This document shows, in pieces, positions 18,930-28,674 of a stretch of 64,000 bases of DNA. This stretch comes from a virus. The notes under the pieces are model-generated. The model made no database searches and was not told the origin of the DNA. It saw only the letters and a list, made by a program, of their open reading frames with translations. Positions within the stretch are counted from its first letter, which is position 1; each line of letters begins with the position of its first letter. The stretch covers positions 64,001 to 128,000 of the IMG/VR virus record IMGVR_UViG_3300025466_000012; one strand, 5' to 3'. The translations under genes and the position numbers were made by a program.

Positions 18930-18971
18930 GGTTGACCCAAAATGACCCGTTTGTTATAATAGTAGTATAGT
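18930..18971 (+). promoter_or_regulatory. early promoter module, copy 3
   Basis: TTGACC 18932-18937, TATAAT 18955-18960. Confidence 0.9.
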
Positions 18972-18989
18972 CGATAACAAGGAGCTGAA

Positions 18990-19220
18990 ATGACAACAGT
19001 ACAATACAAAGTGGGCGATGATGTTAGCCACGGTATCGGTGGCGATCGCTATTACGATGGTAAAATTACTCGTATGACCAAGCGATTTATTTTCACCGAT
19101 TCCGGTCGTCGATACACTCGCAAAGAGGACAAAAATGGTCGTGTTTATTACACGCAGACCGGTTGCAAGTACTGTTATTTGATTCCGGGCAAACACGACT
19201 ACATGGACCCACATTTCTAA
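18990..19220 (+). CDS. early hypothetical protein
   Basis: SD AAGGAG; YKVGDDVS SH3-like start. Confidence 0.7.
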   Translation: MTTVQYKVGDDVSHGIGGDRYYDGKITRMTKRFIFTDSGRRYTRKEDKNGRVYYTQTGCKYCYLIPGKHDYMDPHF

Positions 19221-19232
19221 TAGGAGAACAAC

Positions 19233-19649
19233 ATGGGAACAAGATCACTTACTTTTGTGTATGAAGAAGCATTTAATCCCGGCGACGAACCACAGCCGAT
19301 CATAAATCTTTATCGTCAGTATGACGGTTATCCTACAGGACACGGCGCAGAGCTGGCTGAATTCTTATCAACGGTCAAGAGCAATGGTATGTCGTGTTTG
19401 GCAGCTCAGTTGGTAGCTAACTTTAAAGACGGACCAGGTCAGTTCTATCTTTATCCAGTTACTGCCAAAGACTGCGGACAGGACTATGAGTATCACATCT
19501 ACCAGCAACAAGATACATTCCGCGTAGTGGTGGGAAATAAAGGCTGTAATATGTTTGGGCTCATCATGAGCGACAAGAACGACTATATCTTTGACGGCAA
19601 TGTCAAAGAATTTGTAAATTTCTGTACAAAGAAAGAGGAGATTGAATAA
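19233..19649 (+). CDS. conserved phage hypothetical protein
   Basis: MGTRS...YRQYDGYP motif; SD AGGAG. Confidence 0.75.
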   Translation: MGTRSLTFVYEEAFNPGDEPQPIINLYRQYDGYPTGHGAELAEFLSTVKSNGMSCLAAQLVANFKDGPGQFYLYPVTAKDCGQDYEYHIYQQQDTFRVVVGNKGCNMFGLIMSDKNDYIFDGNVKEFVNFCTKKEEIE

Positions 19650-19831
19650 TGGAATTCAATAAACGAATCAACTTGGTCAAGTACACTTTGACCCCAGATC
19701 AGATCATGTCGTGGGTAGGTGGGTTACATGACATACAAGCCGACATGATCGAAGAGGCCCTGGAGGACAAAGGCTTCCTGGGCTACCCAGAAGCAAACCA
19801 AATTATCAATCACATACGAGGACTGAAATAA
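19649..19831 (+). CDS. hypothetical protein
   Basis: TAATG coupling; SD GAGGAG. Confidence 0.65.
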   Translation: MEFNKRINLVKYTLTPDQIMSWVGGLHDIQADMIEEALEDKGFLGYPEANQIINHIRGLK

Positions 19832-20259
19832 TGGGATTAGACATGTATGCTTACAGTTCCGCTCGTGCTGGGCAATACACAGAATTTTGGCAGTCAGCCG
19901 AATTGCAGGATGATAAAGAGTTTACCAGTACAGTGGTATCTCAACCTGTAGAAATAGCCTACTGGCGCAAGCATCCTAATCTACATGGCTGGATGGAACG
20001 GCTTTGGTATCACCGCTGTCGAGAATCCGGGCAGAATATTGATGAGGACAGCTTCAATGGTATTGAACTGGAACTGACCAGAGAAGACCTTGACAATCTG
20101 GAGCATGATGTAACCAACAATCTGCTACCTGGCACCACTGGATTCTTTTTTGGCAGTGACAGTGACGATTACTATCGTGAAAAAGATCTAGCGTTCGTAC
20201 GGCGTGCCCGTGCCGACTTGTTTTTAGGTCTGCGTGTATTTTACAACTCCAGCTGGTAG
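19831..20259 (+). CDS. conserved phage hypothetical protein
   Basis: MGLDMY...YWRKHPNLHGW...GFFFG...YNSSW motif set. Confidence 0.8.
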   Translation: MGLDMYAYSSARAGQYTEFWQSAELQDDKEFTSTVVSQPVEIAYWRKHPNLHGWMERLWYHRCRESGQNIDEDSFNGIELELTREDLDNLEHDVTNNLLPGTTGFFFGSDSDDYYREKDLAFVRRARADLFLGLRVFYNSSW

Positions 20260-20266
20260 TAAATAT

Positions 20267-21649
20267 ATGACAACTATAGATTATGGATCAGAACAATTCA
20301 ACAGGATCAAAGTGGCCGCAGACTGGATCAGAGACCTAGAAGACAACGACAGCCGCAAGCACAAAGAGCTTGTGATTGAACGGGCCCTGGTAGCTGCTCA
20401 GTTGGGCTCGGCCAATGCCCAATGTTTCTTGTTCAACTGCTATCAGGCCTACAATCCCTACTATGTGTTTGGTGTCAAGAAAGTTCTAGAAACCAAAGGC
20501 TTAGAAAACAGACCCAATCCTTGGCCCAAGTTCTGGGCCATGCTAGAAGGTTTACGCACTCGTAGTCTTACCGGACACAATGCCAAGACCGCTATCGAAT
20601 CGATGAGTGAACAGTTTGACAGCATAGAATGGAACAACCTATGCCGTAGGGTCATCATCAAGGACCTGCGCTGTGGTATCACAGAAAAGACCTTGAACAA
20701 GGTGTTGGGTAATACGGAATGGAAAATTCCTACATTTACTTGTCAACTGGCAACAGATTCAAACGATCATCAAAGCAAAATGACCGGCACCAAGCGAATT
20801 GAATGCAAGCTAGATGGTGTGCGTGTGTTGGCAGTGATAACCAAAAACACCATAAATCTCTACAGCCGCAATGGCAAAAGATTTGACAATTTTCCACAGA
20901 TTGAAGCTGAACTTGAAAGTATCAGACCACAGCTGAACATACATCTGGGCAAGCTGGATGGCAGTGGTATAGTGTTGGATGGTGAAATTGTGGGCGAAAG
21001 TTTCCAGGCCTTGATGAAACAGGCACAACGTAAAACCAATGTGGAAACCAAGGACATGACCTACTATGTGTTTGACTGGATTCCTATCGCTGATTTTGAA
21101 CGTGGTTATTGGAACGCTCAACAACACAAACGCACCAATCTGTTAGAATCAAAAAAAGAAATATTCGAATCTACCCGGTCGGTCCGAATCATGCCTGGTA
21201 TGGATGTGGATTTAGACACAGCCGAAGGACACGATGTCATGCGCAGGTTTGCTACAGACGCTGTTGCGGCCGGTTATGAAGGTATCATGATCAAAGATGT
21301 CAATGCTCCATATGAATGCAAGCGGTCGACATTCTGGATGAAATGGAAACCGGTCATGACAGTGGATTTGAATATAGTGGGTTTTGAAGAAGGTACCGGT
21401 CGCAATCGTGGACGCCTGGGTGCTATAATATGTGAAGGAGTAGATGATGATCGTAATATTCGTGTCAATGTGGGCAGTGGTCTTTCCGACGCTGATCGCG
21501 ATCAATATTGGACCGCCCGAGATGACCTGCTTGGTCGAGTGGTTGAAGTGGCAGCAGATGCCGTCACCCAAAATCAAGATGGCTCTTACAGTTTGAGATT
21601 TCCTCGATTTGTGAGATTCAGAGGATTTGAAGCCGGAGAGAAATTGTGA
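20267..21649 (+). CDS. ATP-dependent DNA ligase
   Basis: ECKLDGVR, LDGEI, YYVFD, EGIMIKD, WMKWKP, SLRFPRF motifs. Confidence 0.95.
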   Translation: MTTIDYGSEQFNRIKVAADWIRDLEDNDSRKHKELVIERALVAAQLGSANAQCFLFNCYQAYNPYYVFGVKKVLETKGLENRPNPWPKFWAMLEGLRTRSLTGHNAKTAIESMSEQFDSIEWNNLCRRVIIKDLRCGITEKTLNKVLGNTEWKIPTFTCQLATDSNDHQSKMTGTKRIECKLDGVRVLAVITKNTINLYSRNGKRFDNFPQIEAELESIRPQLNIHLGKLDGSGIVLDGEIVGESFQALMKQAQRKTNVETKDMTYYVFDWIPIADFERGYWNAQQHKRTNLLESKKEIFESTRSVRIMPGMDVDLDTAEGHDVMRRFATDAVAAGYEGIMIKDVNAPYECKRSTFWMKWKPVMTVDLNIVGFEEGTGRNRGRLGAIICEGVDDDRNIRVNVGSGLSDADRDQYWTARDDLLGRVVEVAADAVTQNQDGSYSLRFPRFVRFRGFEAGEKL

Positions 21650-21837
21650 ACTTTGGGGATCGAGATGGATTTGATGAATATACAGTGACATTCGTTTGCG
21701 GCGGAGACGAGATGCTCCGAATCACTCGAACAGGTTTTTATGTACGTGGACAAAGGCTCGAACAGGATGACTGTGAAGCTGAACAAGTGTATAATAGTTT
21801 TACGCAATGGCTGGCGTGGCAACAACTTCAACGATAG
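21646..21837 (+). CDS. hypothetical protein
   Basis: GTGA overlap with ligase stop. Confidence 0.55.
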   Translation: MNFGDRDGFDEYTVTFVCGGDEMLRITRTGFYVRGQRLEQDDCEAEQVYNSFTQWLAWQQLQR

Positions 21838-22733
21838 GAGAATCAAATGAAAACTCAAACACAGAATCTTGCGTGGTTGCCGGATAAAAAATATTATGAG
21901 TATGCCTATCATAAGTTTTTTAATCCTGAAGTCAGCTATGCCGATTGGACGCCCTGGAACGAGTGGAATTATCCTGATAGAGATCTATTGAGATTTGATC
22001 ATATCATAGGACAGCAAATTGCTCACATACATAACAAGCGTGTGTTGGATGTGGCCTGCCATTTGGGATATTTGAGTTTGTTTTGTTTGCACAACGGTGC
22101 CGCGCAGGTGACTGGTACAAACATAAGAGACAGAGAACTGTCGATTGCAAGAGAAATAGTCCAGTTGGCCGGTTATACCAATTGTGAATTCGTAAACTCA
22201 AATATCTACAACATTGAAGAATTTTACAAATTGTGCGATGCACATGATACCATATTACTAAGTGGTATATTATATCATGTAAACAATCATTACCAACTGT
22301 TGAAAACCATAGCAGACTCATCAGCACAGACCTTGATATTAGAATCCAGTATCGAGCATGCGATCGATATTGCAGAGTATCCAATCGTCAACTGGCGCAT
22401 GGAAAATACTGACAGTCCAACTTCTGGTTTTGAAGACACCCAATCAACTACCTTTGTTGGAATACCAAATCACAAATGGATTGAACAGAGTTTGAAACAG
22501 CTTGGTTTCAAACTGACTTACAATGAAATAATTGAATTCAATACTCCAGTTGGCAGGCGTACCAAACGATGTATCTTGGTTGGTCAAAAAATTTAACTTA
22601 TACGAAAGTGAGCATGTGACATAACAAAAGTAGAGGAAAAACAACAATTGATCGAAACACTAAAATTTACTACACTTACAAAATATCAATGTGGGCGTGG
22701 TAGCAACACCTTAACCGATAGGAGAATCAAATG
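21832..22733 (+). repeat. 18-bp direct repeat CGATAGGAGAATCAAATG at 21832-21849 and 22716-22733
   Basis: Identical SD-plus-start sequence flanking the methyltransferase segment. Confidence 0.85.
21847..22596 (+). CDS. class I SAM-dependent methyltransferase
   Basis: VLDVACHLG motif I; ILLSGILYH; AT-rich. Confidence 0.85.
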   Translation: MKTQTQNLAWLPDKKYYEYAYHKFFNPEVSYADWTPWNEWNYPDRDLLRFDHIIGQQIAHIHNKRVLDVACHLGYLSLFCLHNGAAQVTGTNIRDRELSIAREIVQLAGYTNCEFVNSNIYNIEEFYKLCDAHDTILLSGILYHVNNHYQLLKTIADSSAQTLILESSIEHAIDIAEYPIVNWRMENTDSPTSGFEDTQSTTFVGIPNHKWIEQSLKQLGFKLTYNEIIEFNTPVGRRTKRCILVGQKI

Positions 22734-22925
22734 GCATCAACGTTAACAAAATTGACCAAGGTAAATGAATCAATTACCCTCAATCGCTATGACAACGGCT
22801 TCATGGTCGAAATCGGCGGCCGAGACAAGAAAGAAGATTGGAAAACTGCCAAGATCATGTGTAGCACCGAAGAAGAAATGATCGCTGTGATCCGAGAGTG
22901 GAATTCAATGGACGTGGACAATTAA
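22731..22925 (+). CDS. hypothetical protein
   Basis: SD AGGAG; RYDNGFMVE. Confidence 0.7.
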   Translation: MASTLTKLTKVNESITLNRYDNGFMVEIGGRDKKEDWKTAKIMCSTEEEMIAVIREWNSMDVDN

Positions 22926-22927
22926 TC

Positions 22928-23437
22928 ATGGCCACATGGACTATCAAAACCTATCATAAAAAAAACTGCCAAGAAGTTGAACACTGGAGTCAAGACAACG
23001 GAGATGGTCGGATCACAGTCACCAACGGTTATCGTTACGGTGAGTGGACTGTGGAAACCACTGATGACAATCCTCCAGAATTCGAATTTACAGAAGTACC
23101 CGGCGGCAATGGCAAACGAGACAGCATCGACATGTACAACTGCCAAGGCTCCAACATAGAAAGCGTAGATCTTGTCGAAATGTTCGACGGTGGATGTTGG
23201 TATGACGTGGAAATCGAAGGGCTGGATGACGAGGCCGAAGAAGAAATCCAGGAATTCCTTGATGAAAACAGTACCTGGGATCTCGAAGATCGCGAACAAG
23301 ATCCTTGGCACCATAGCGACACTGAATGCTGGGTCTGGGGCCCGATCGAGATCTCTAACACAGTGTCTGGTGAACGTGTACGCATTATTTGTGCTGATGC
23401 GGATGGCAACGTGGTAGATTTCAAAGAGGAAGATTGA
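22928..23437 (+). CDS. acidic hypothetical protein
   Basis: D/E/W-rich ORF in operon. Confidence 0.7.
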   Translation: MATWTIKTYHKKNCQEVEHWSQDNGDGRITVTNGYRYGEWTVETTDDNPPEFEFTEVPGGNGKRDSIDMYNCQGSNIESVDLVEMFDGGCWYDVEIEGLDDEAEEEIQEFLDENSTWDLEDREQDPWHHSDTECWVWGPIEISNTVSGERVRIICADADGNVVDFKEED

Positions 23438-23438
23438 T

Positions 23439-24086
23439 TTGGTTAAAAAAAATGCATTTTGGACCTGGTTTGAACAAGAAGCCGAGCCCAACCTGGCGCA
23501 TCGAGCCAGCACATTTAGGCAGATGTTTGAATATCTGGATCAGCAATCGGGTCCGATTTGTATTATAGAAACCGGGTGTGCCAGAGCAGCCGGTAATTGG
23601 GCCGGTGATGGACAAAGCACTGTGTTGTTTGATAGATACGTGACCGAACGTGGTACAGACAGCCAAGTGATCACTGTGGACCTGAGCGAACAATCGGTAG
23701 TGGCCTGTAGGCTTTTGGTAGGTGATCAAACCACAGTGGCACAGGCCGACAGCGTGCGTTATCTGGACCACCTGGTGCGTACTGCCGATGGCCTCCACCC
23801 CAATTTGGTCTATCTTGACAGCTACGATCTAGATTGGGATTACTGGTTCCCCAGTGCTGCACACTGTCTCAAGGAATTCTCGGCCATACATCCTTTGCTC
23901 AAACCCAACACACTGACAGTGACAGACGACAGTCCTGCAGTCACGCACATCATGGAATCCGGAGAACGCACAATAATATCCGGCGCCAAGCCAGCCGGCA
24001 AAGGTCGCTTGTTGGCCGAGTATGCACAACAGGTTGGTATTGAACCCTTGTTTGCACAGTATCAAATAGGATGGATCGGACTTTGA
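23439..24086 (+). CDS. SAM-dependent methyltransferase (Methyltransf_24-like)
   Basis: IIETGCAR, ITVDL, LVYLDSYD, TVTDD motifs. Confidence 0.75.
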   Translation: MVKKNAFWTWFEQEAEPNLAHRASTFRQMFEYLDQQSGPICIIETGCARAAGNWAGDGQSTVLFDRYVTERGTDSQVITVDLSEQSVVACRLLVGDQTTVAQADSVRYLDHLVRTADGLHPNLVYLDSYDLDWDYWFPSAAHCLKEFSAIHPLLKPNTLTVTDDSPAVTHIMESGERTIISGAKPAGKGRLLAEYAQQVGIEPLFAQYQIGWIGL

Positions 24087-24625
24087 ACCAGTGCTCGGTC
24101 TGCAACTGTGACTACACCGATGATGAAGGTGGCATAGACGGCCACTTTGGCATGTTGCCAGTGAGTTTCTGCCCTACCTGCTTCAGTTGCATGTGCGACA
24201 TGGCCGGCCAGTTTATGGATCAAGAACATCCTGAACACGATGAACTGATCGAACATCTCAAAGGTGTACGCTACATTGTGATAAATGGAAATTATGGAGG
24301 GTTTGGTCTCAGCCGAGCCGCCGAACTGGCCTATCTAGATCGCACCGGAACAGTTTACACATTAGTAGATCGTGAAGATCGTGCTTCAACCATTCAACAA
24401 GGGCAACGTATCATGATCAACGGACGATATTGGAGCAGTCAAGCTATTGAAGCTATTGAACGCGATGATCCGGTACTAGTCAGCGTGGTGCGTGAAATGG
24501 GACCAGCGGCCAATGGCGAACATGCAGATTTGGCCATAGTACAAATTCCGGCCAACATTGAGTGGCAGATACAAGAATACGATGGTCGCGAATGGGTGGC
24601 TGAAAAACATCGCATCTGGAAATAA
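24071..24625 (+). CDS. conserved phage protein with Cys-rich N-terminus
   Basis: CxxC pairs; IVINGNYGGFGLS...ERDDPVLV...EYDGREW. Confidence 0.7.
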   Translation: MDRTLNQCSVCNCDYTDDEGGIDGHFGMLPVSFCPTCFSCMCDMAGQFMDQEHPEHDELIEHLKGVRYIVINGNYGGFGLSRAAELAYLDRTGTVYTLVDREDRASTIQQGQRIMINGRYWSSQAIEAIERDDPVLVSVVREMGPAANGEHADLAIVQIPANIEWQIQEYDGREWVAEKHRIWK

Positions 24626-24643
24626 AAAAAGGTTAAATACACC

Positions 24644-26176
24644 ATGATATTTGGATCTGTTATTCTCGCCACCGCATTGTTGCTCAGTACTGTGGCTGCT
24701 TACTACTCAATCATGGGACTCACGGCCATATTTGCTGCGGCCGTGCTACCGGTCATGATCATGGGTGCCATCCTGGAACTGGGCAAGGTCGTGACCACAG
24801 TATGGTTGCACAACAACTGGTCTAGAGCCAGTTGGGTATTCAAGACCTACATGATTCCGGCTGTGTTCTTTTTGATGCTGTTGACCAGCATGGGCATTTT
24901 TGGACTACTGTCAAAAGCTCATTCGGATCAAAGCCTAGTATCAGGTGACGTCGCAGCCAAGATTGCCATATACGATGAAAAAATTCAAACTGAAAAGGAC
25001 AACATAGATGCAGATCGCAAGGCTCTCAAGCAAATGGATGAGGCTGTGGACCAAGTTATGGCACGCTCAACTTCGGAAGAAGGGGCAAGTAGATCCGGTG
25101 CAATTCGCCGAGGCCAGCAGAAAGAACGTGCTCGCCTCGCTCAGGACATTACAGCGAGTCAGCAGAGGATCGCCTCTCTCAACGAGGAGCGGGCACCTAT
25201 TGCCGCAGAAGTTAGGAAAGTGGAAGCGGAGGTCGGACCGATAAAGTATATAGCGGCCCTGCTGTACGGTGATAATCCTGACAGCAATGTGCTGGAACGT
25301 GCAGTGCGCTGGGTGATCATTTTGATCGTGTTGGTTTTTGATCCCTTGGCCCTGTGCCTGATCTTGGCCGCCAACAAGCAGTTTGAATGGGCTCGACAAG
25401 GCACAGGAGGATTCGTCCACGACACATCCGCCTATCCACCCAACGATGGACCCCTCACAGACAAACAGATCGAACAGCTACGACAACACAGCAAACAACA
25501 ACAGCCCACTGGCCCGGTCCGAGCCAAACAAACCCTATTTCAAGATTTTGAAGCAGTTCGAGAACCCAACAGCGACTGGATACAGACTGGTCCAGTCTTT
25601 GAGTACCATGATGACCATCCCGAATATGAATGGGATGATACACTCGATACCGATGTGGGTGAAAAGCCAACAGAGGAAGAAAAAGCCGCATACGAACAGT
25701 TTGTAGAGACCCGGAACGCTGGCAAATATCCAGAATCAGATTTACCAGAACCAGTGCAGGCTGAAGTGGCCTCGGCCGGTGGCGAGTACGTGGAAGTCAA
25801 CGGCAAACGGATGCACCACAAGGCCTTTGACCCGGCCAGTATCGATGCTGGCCATGCAGTGGAACGACAGCGTGCAGCCCGCCTACAAGCTGACAACGAG
25901 CCCGTCACACAGGCCACACAGGCCGGGTTTGGTACAGACTTTCCGTCTGATCCCAGCAAAGGTGATACCTTTGTGCGAGTAGATCGATTGCCCAGTACTT
26001 TGTACAAGTACAACGGTCGTGAATGGATCAACGTGGACAAAGAAACCAGCAACAGCTACCTTTACCAAGACAACTACCTGGACTATCTGATAGCTCGTAT
26101 CGATTCGGGCGAGTATGATCCTGAACTTTTGAGCGACACCGAGCGTGAAGCCATAGCAAGACGACTAGATATCTGA
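24644..26176 (+). CDS. membrane-anchored coiled-coil protein
   Basis: N-terminal TM helices, long coiled coil, EVGPIKYIA, further TM helix, acidic tail; TAAATA at 24634. Confidence 0.75.
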   Translation: MIFGSVILATALLLSTVAAYYSIMGLTAIFAAAVLPVMIMGAILELGKVVTTVWLHNNWSRASWVFKTYMIPAVFFLMLLTSMGIFGLLSKAHSDQSLVSGDVAAKIAIYDEKIQTEKDNIDADRKALKQMDEAVDQVMARSTSEEGASRSGAIRRGQQKERARLAQDITASQQRIASLNEERAPIAAEVRKVEAEVGPIKYIAALLYGDNPDSNVLERAVRWVIILIVLVFDPLALCLILAANKQFEWARQGTGGFVHDTSAYPPNDGPLTDKQIEQLRQHSKQQQPTGPVRAKQTLFQDFEAVREPNSDWIQTGPVFEYHDDHPEYEWDDTLDTDVGEKPTEEEKAAYEQFVETRNAGKYPESDLPEPVQAEVASAGGEYVEVNGKRMHHKAFDPASIDAGHAVERQRAARLQADNEPVTQATQAGFGTDFPSDPSKGDTFVRVDRLPSTLYKYNGREWINVDKETSNSYLYQDNYLDYLIARIDSGEYDPELLSDTEREAIARRLDI

Positions 26177-26180
26177 CTGT

Positions 26181-27377
26181 ATGGCCACACCAGACAAGTG
26201 CAGCTTCTGCATCAAGCACAAGGATCAGGTGGTAAAACTGATCGTGGTTGATGATGCAGCCATCTGCAACGAATGTGTGGACCTGTGCAGTGGACTGCTG
26301 ACTGATCCCAAGAAAAACACACGCAAGCGTGATCGCAAATTTCGTATACCGGACCCAAAAGAGCTGTATGAATACCTGGATCAGTTCGTGATTGGTCAAG
26401 AAACAGCCAAGCGTGCCTTGAGCGTGGCCATCGTGAACCATTACAAAAGAATCAGTTATGACGGTCTAGACCTGGAACTGCAAAAAAACAACATCATGCT
26501 GTTGGGTCCGACCGGGGTAGGCAAGACCCTTATGGCCCGAGTGGTGGCCAAGTATCTCAACGTGCCGTTCGTGATTGCCGACGCCACAACCTTGACCGAA
26601 GCCGGTTACGTGGGTGATGATGTAGATGTGTTGATCAGTCGACTGTATGTTGCTGCGGACGGTGATGTTGATCAATGTCAACGTGGTATCGTGTTCCTGG
26701 ATGAAGTAGACAAGATAGCACGCAAAAGCGAAAGCAACACCGTCAGCAAAGATGTATCAGGCGAAGGCGTACAACAGGCCCTGCTCAAACTGATAGAAGG
26801 CACTCGATGCCGCATCAATCCAGCAGGGAATCGGCGCAATCAGTCCAGTGATTCGGTTGAGATAGACACTCGAAATATCCTGTTTGTGGCCAGCGGGGCT
26901 TTTGTTGGTCTGTCGGAAATAATAAAAAAACGCACAGCTGGCACCACTATGGGGTTTGGCGCCAACACTGCCATAGTCTCAACCGATCTTGCACCCATGC
27001 CCGACGATCTGGTACGCTACGGACTCATACCTGAATTTGTTGGAAGGTTTTCTGGCACTGTGGTCCTGCAAGAGCTCGATCTCGATCAACTGCGAGCCAT
27101 ATTGATCACTATAAAAAACAATCTGGTAGATCAGTATCGTTGGTTGTTCCAGCAGGACGGAGTAGATCTGGTATTTGATTCAGACAGTCTGGCACTCATT
27201 GCCGGTCGCGCACTCAAGTCCGGCACCGGCGCACGTGGTCTACAGGCCGAAATCGAACGTGTGTTGTTGCCACACATGTACGATCTGCCACGCTACAGTC
27301 GCAACAACATACTTCACGTGGTCATCAACAAAGATCTGGTAAATACTCCCATGACTCTGTTACAGGAAAACACATGA
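26181..27377 (+). CDS. clpX: AAA+ unfoldase ClpX
   Basis: CSFC..CNEC zinc domain, [12 protein letters not shown] pore loop, FLDEVDK, MGF loop, TGARGL. Confidence 0.95.
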   Translation: MATPDKCSFCIKHKDQVVKLIVVDDAAICNECVDLCSGLLTDPKKNTRKRDRKFRIPDPKELYEYLDQFVIGQETAKRALSVAIVNHYKRISYDGLDLELQKNNIMLLGPTGVGKTLMARVVAKYLNVPFVIADATTLTEAGYVGDDVDVLISRLYVAADGDVDQCQRGIVFLDEVDKIARKSESNTVSKDVSGEGVQQALLKLIEGTRCRINPAGNRRNQSSDSVEIDTRNILFVASGAFVGLSEIIKKRTAGTTMGFGANTAIVSTDLAPMPDDLVRYGLIPEFVGRFSGTVVLQELDLDQLRAILITIKNNLVDQYRWLFQQDGVDLVFDSDSLALIAGRALKSGTGARGLQAEIERVLLPHMYDLPRYSRNNILHVVINKDLVNTPMTLLQENT

Positions 27378-27595
27378 AATTATATGGTCGATCAGTCTTG
27401 GTCAAGGACGACAATGTAGAAAAGGCCTTGCGCAAGTTCAAGAAAAAGATAGCCGATAGCGGTCTCTTGAACGAACTGCGCGACCGCGAAACCTATACCA
27501 AACCAACCACTGCCCGTAAAAAGAAAAAAGCCGCAGCGCAAAATCGGTGGCGCAAGCAGTTGCAGGCACAACAACTTCCAAAAAAATTATACTGA
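27374..27595 (+). CDS. rpsU: ribosomal protein bS21
   Basis: [11 protein letters not shown]...[17 protein letters not shown]; TAAATA at 27340-27345 inside clpX. Confidence 0.92.
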   Translation: MKLYGRSVLVKDDNVEKALRKFKKKIADSGLLNELRDRETYTKPTTARKKKKAAAQNRWRKQLQAQQLPKKLY

Positions 27596-27598
27596 TCC

Positions 27599-28594
27599 AT
27601 GGCCTATTGCAGGATAGTCAATCCCGGAGTGCTACGCTACAGTTGTAGCCAATATTCTCGACAGGCACTACAACACAGCTCGGCACTGGTTCTGTCAGAT
27701 CTGTCTAAAAATTCATTGACTGTGCATGATTTGACCAGCAATCTGTTGCTGATAGATTTCCTGGCCGAAGGACATGACCCCGACGTGATCGACCCCTTGA
27801 TCAAGTATCTCAGCACCATGATCGACGTTGCCCAGATACGGGTGTTGTTCAATGCCGCGGTCGACACCGACTCATTGCCCTACCGCGCCAGGTCATTTGT
27901 GACCCATTTTGCCAGTTGGGATGGAAGATTTGTCAATGACGGAGATCAAGCCAATGTGGTATTGGAACAAAAATTCCTGTGTCCGGTACGCAGGCCAAGT
28001 CTGGGACGGGCCTTGTTTGTCAGTCAATTGTTGTCCGCAGTGCCCAATGTGCGTGCCAGTTTTGGCAGCGGTTTTCCTACACACAGCCGCGATTTTCAAA
28101 AACATTTCCCCGATCATGTGTTGCCCATACTGTTCGATGGCGATGCTCAACAATACCAACACAATTTGGCGTCGGACCTGTTCCGCACCTGCCTGTTCAA
28201 CATCGTGGTCGAAACCAGCAATCAGATCGATACTGAAGGATGGACCAGCATTTTTATAACAGAAAAAACATTCAAGGCGTTTGATCTGTATCAGATACCT
28301 GTATGGTTCGCGGTTCCAGGTCTGGTCAATCAGGTGCGTCGGCTGGGATTTGATCTGTTTGATGATCTGGTTGATCACAGCTATGATTCTGAACCGGATC
28401 CCAAAATTCGATCCAGTCGGGTGATAGCTCAGATACAACAGCTGGACGCTGATCACAGTCTAGCAGATTGTCAACAGTTGCGCACACAAGTATGGCCACG
28501 GCTGTTGGCCAACCGAGACCGGCTGGACCAACTGACTGCTCAATACAATCACACCCAGGATCAGTTGATAGCCGAATTGATTGACACGCAGTGA
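27599..28594 (+). CDS. glycosyltransferase-like protein (ITEK family)
   Basis: NIVVETS...IFITEKTFK...GFDLFDD.VDHSYD, resembling GT-B C-terminal motifs. Confidence 0.5.
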   Translation: MAYCRIVNPGVLRYSCSQYSRQALQHSSALVLSDLSKNSLTVHDLTSNLLLIDFLAEGHDPDVIDPLIKYLSTMIDVAQIRVLFNAAVDTDSLPYRARSFVTHFASWDGRFVNDGDQANVVLEQKFLCPVRRPSLGRALFVSQLLSAVPNVRASFGSGFPTHSRDFQKHFPDHVLPILFDGDAQQYQHNLASDLFRTCLFNIVVETSNQIDTEGWTSIFITEKTFKAFDLYQIPVWFAVPGLVNQVRRLGFDLFDDLVDHSYDSEPDPKIRSSRVIAQIQQLDADHSLADCQQLRTQVWPRLLANRDRLDQLTAQYNHTQDQLIAELIDTQ

Positions 28595-28611
28595 AAAAAC
28601 TGTTATAAATA
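28581..28611 (+). promoter_or_regulatory. overlapping sigma70 and T4-type late promoter
   Basis: TTGACA 28581-28586, 17 nt, then TATAAATA 28604-28611. Confidence 0.75.
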
Positions 28612-28615
28612 AACA

Positions 28616-28674
28616 TGTAGATGCCGATGGTCGGGTCTACACAGTCATCTTGCTTAATAAAGGAGAAAAATATG
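28616..28674 (+). promoter_or_regulatory. ROSE-like RNA thermometer in hsp20 5' UTR
   Basis: Hairpin 28616-28641 plus UCUUGCUU/AAGGAGA SD-occluding hairpin with bulged G. Confidence 0.7.

Noticed and set aside
18366-18971. CRISPR-like array from three similar ~42-bp repeats
   Set aside because: Spacing is ~280 bp with full ORFs between, and the repeats are -35/-10 promoters; no cas genes
28621-28671. Longer Hsp20 start at 28621 from the ORF track
   Set aside because: The strong SD lies before ATG 28672, and the extension falls in the structured leader just after the promoter
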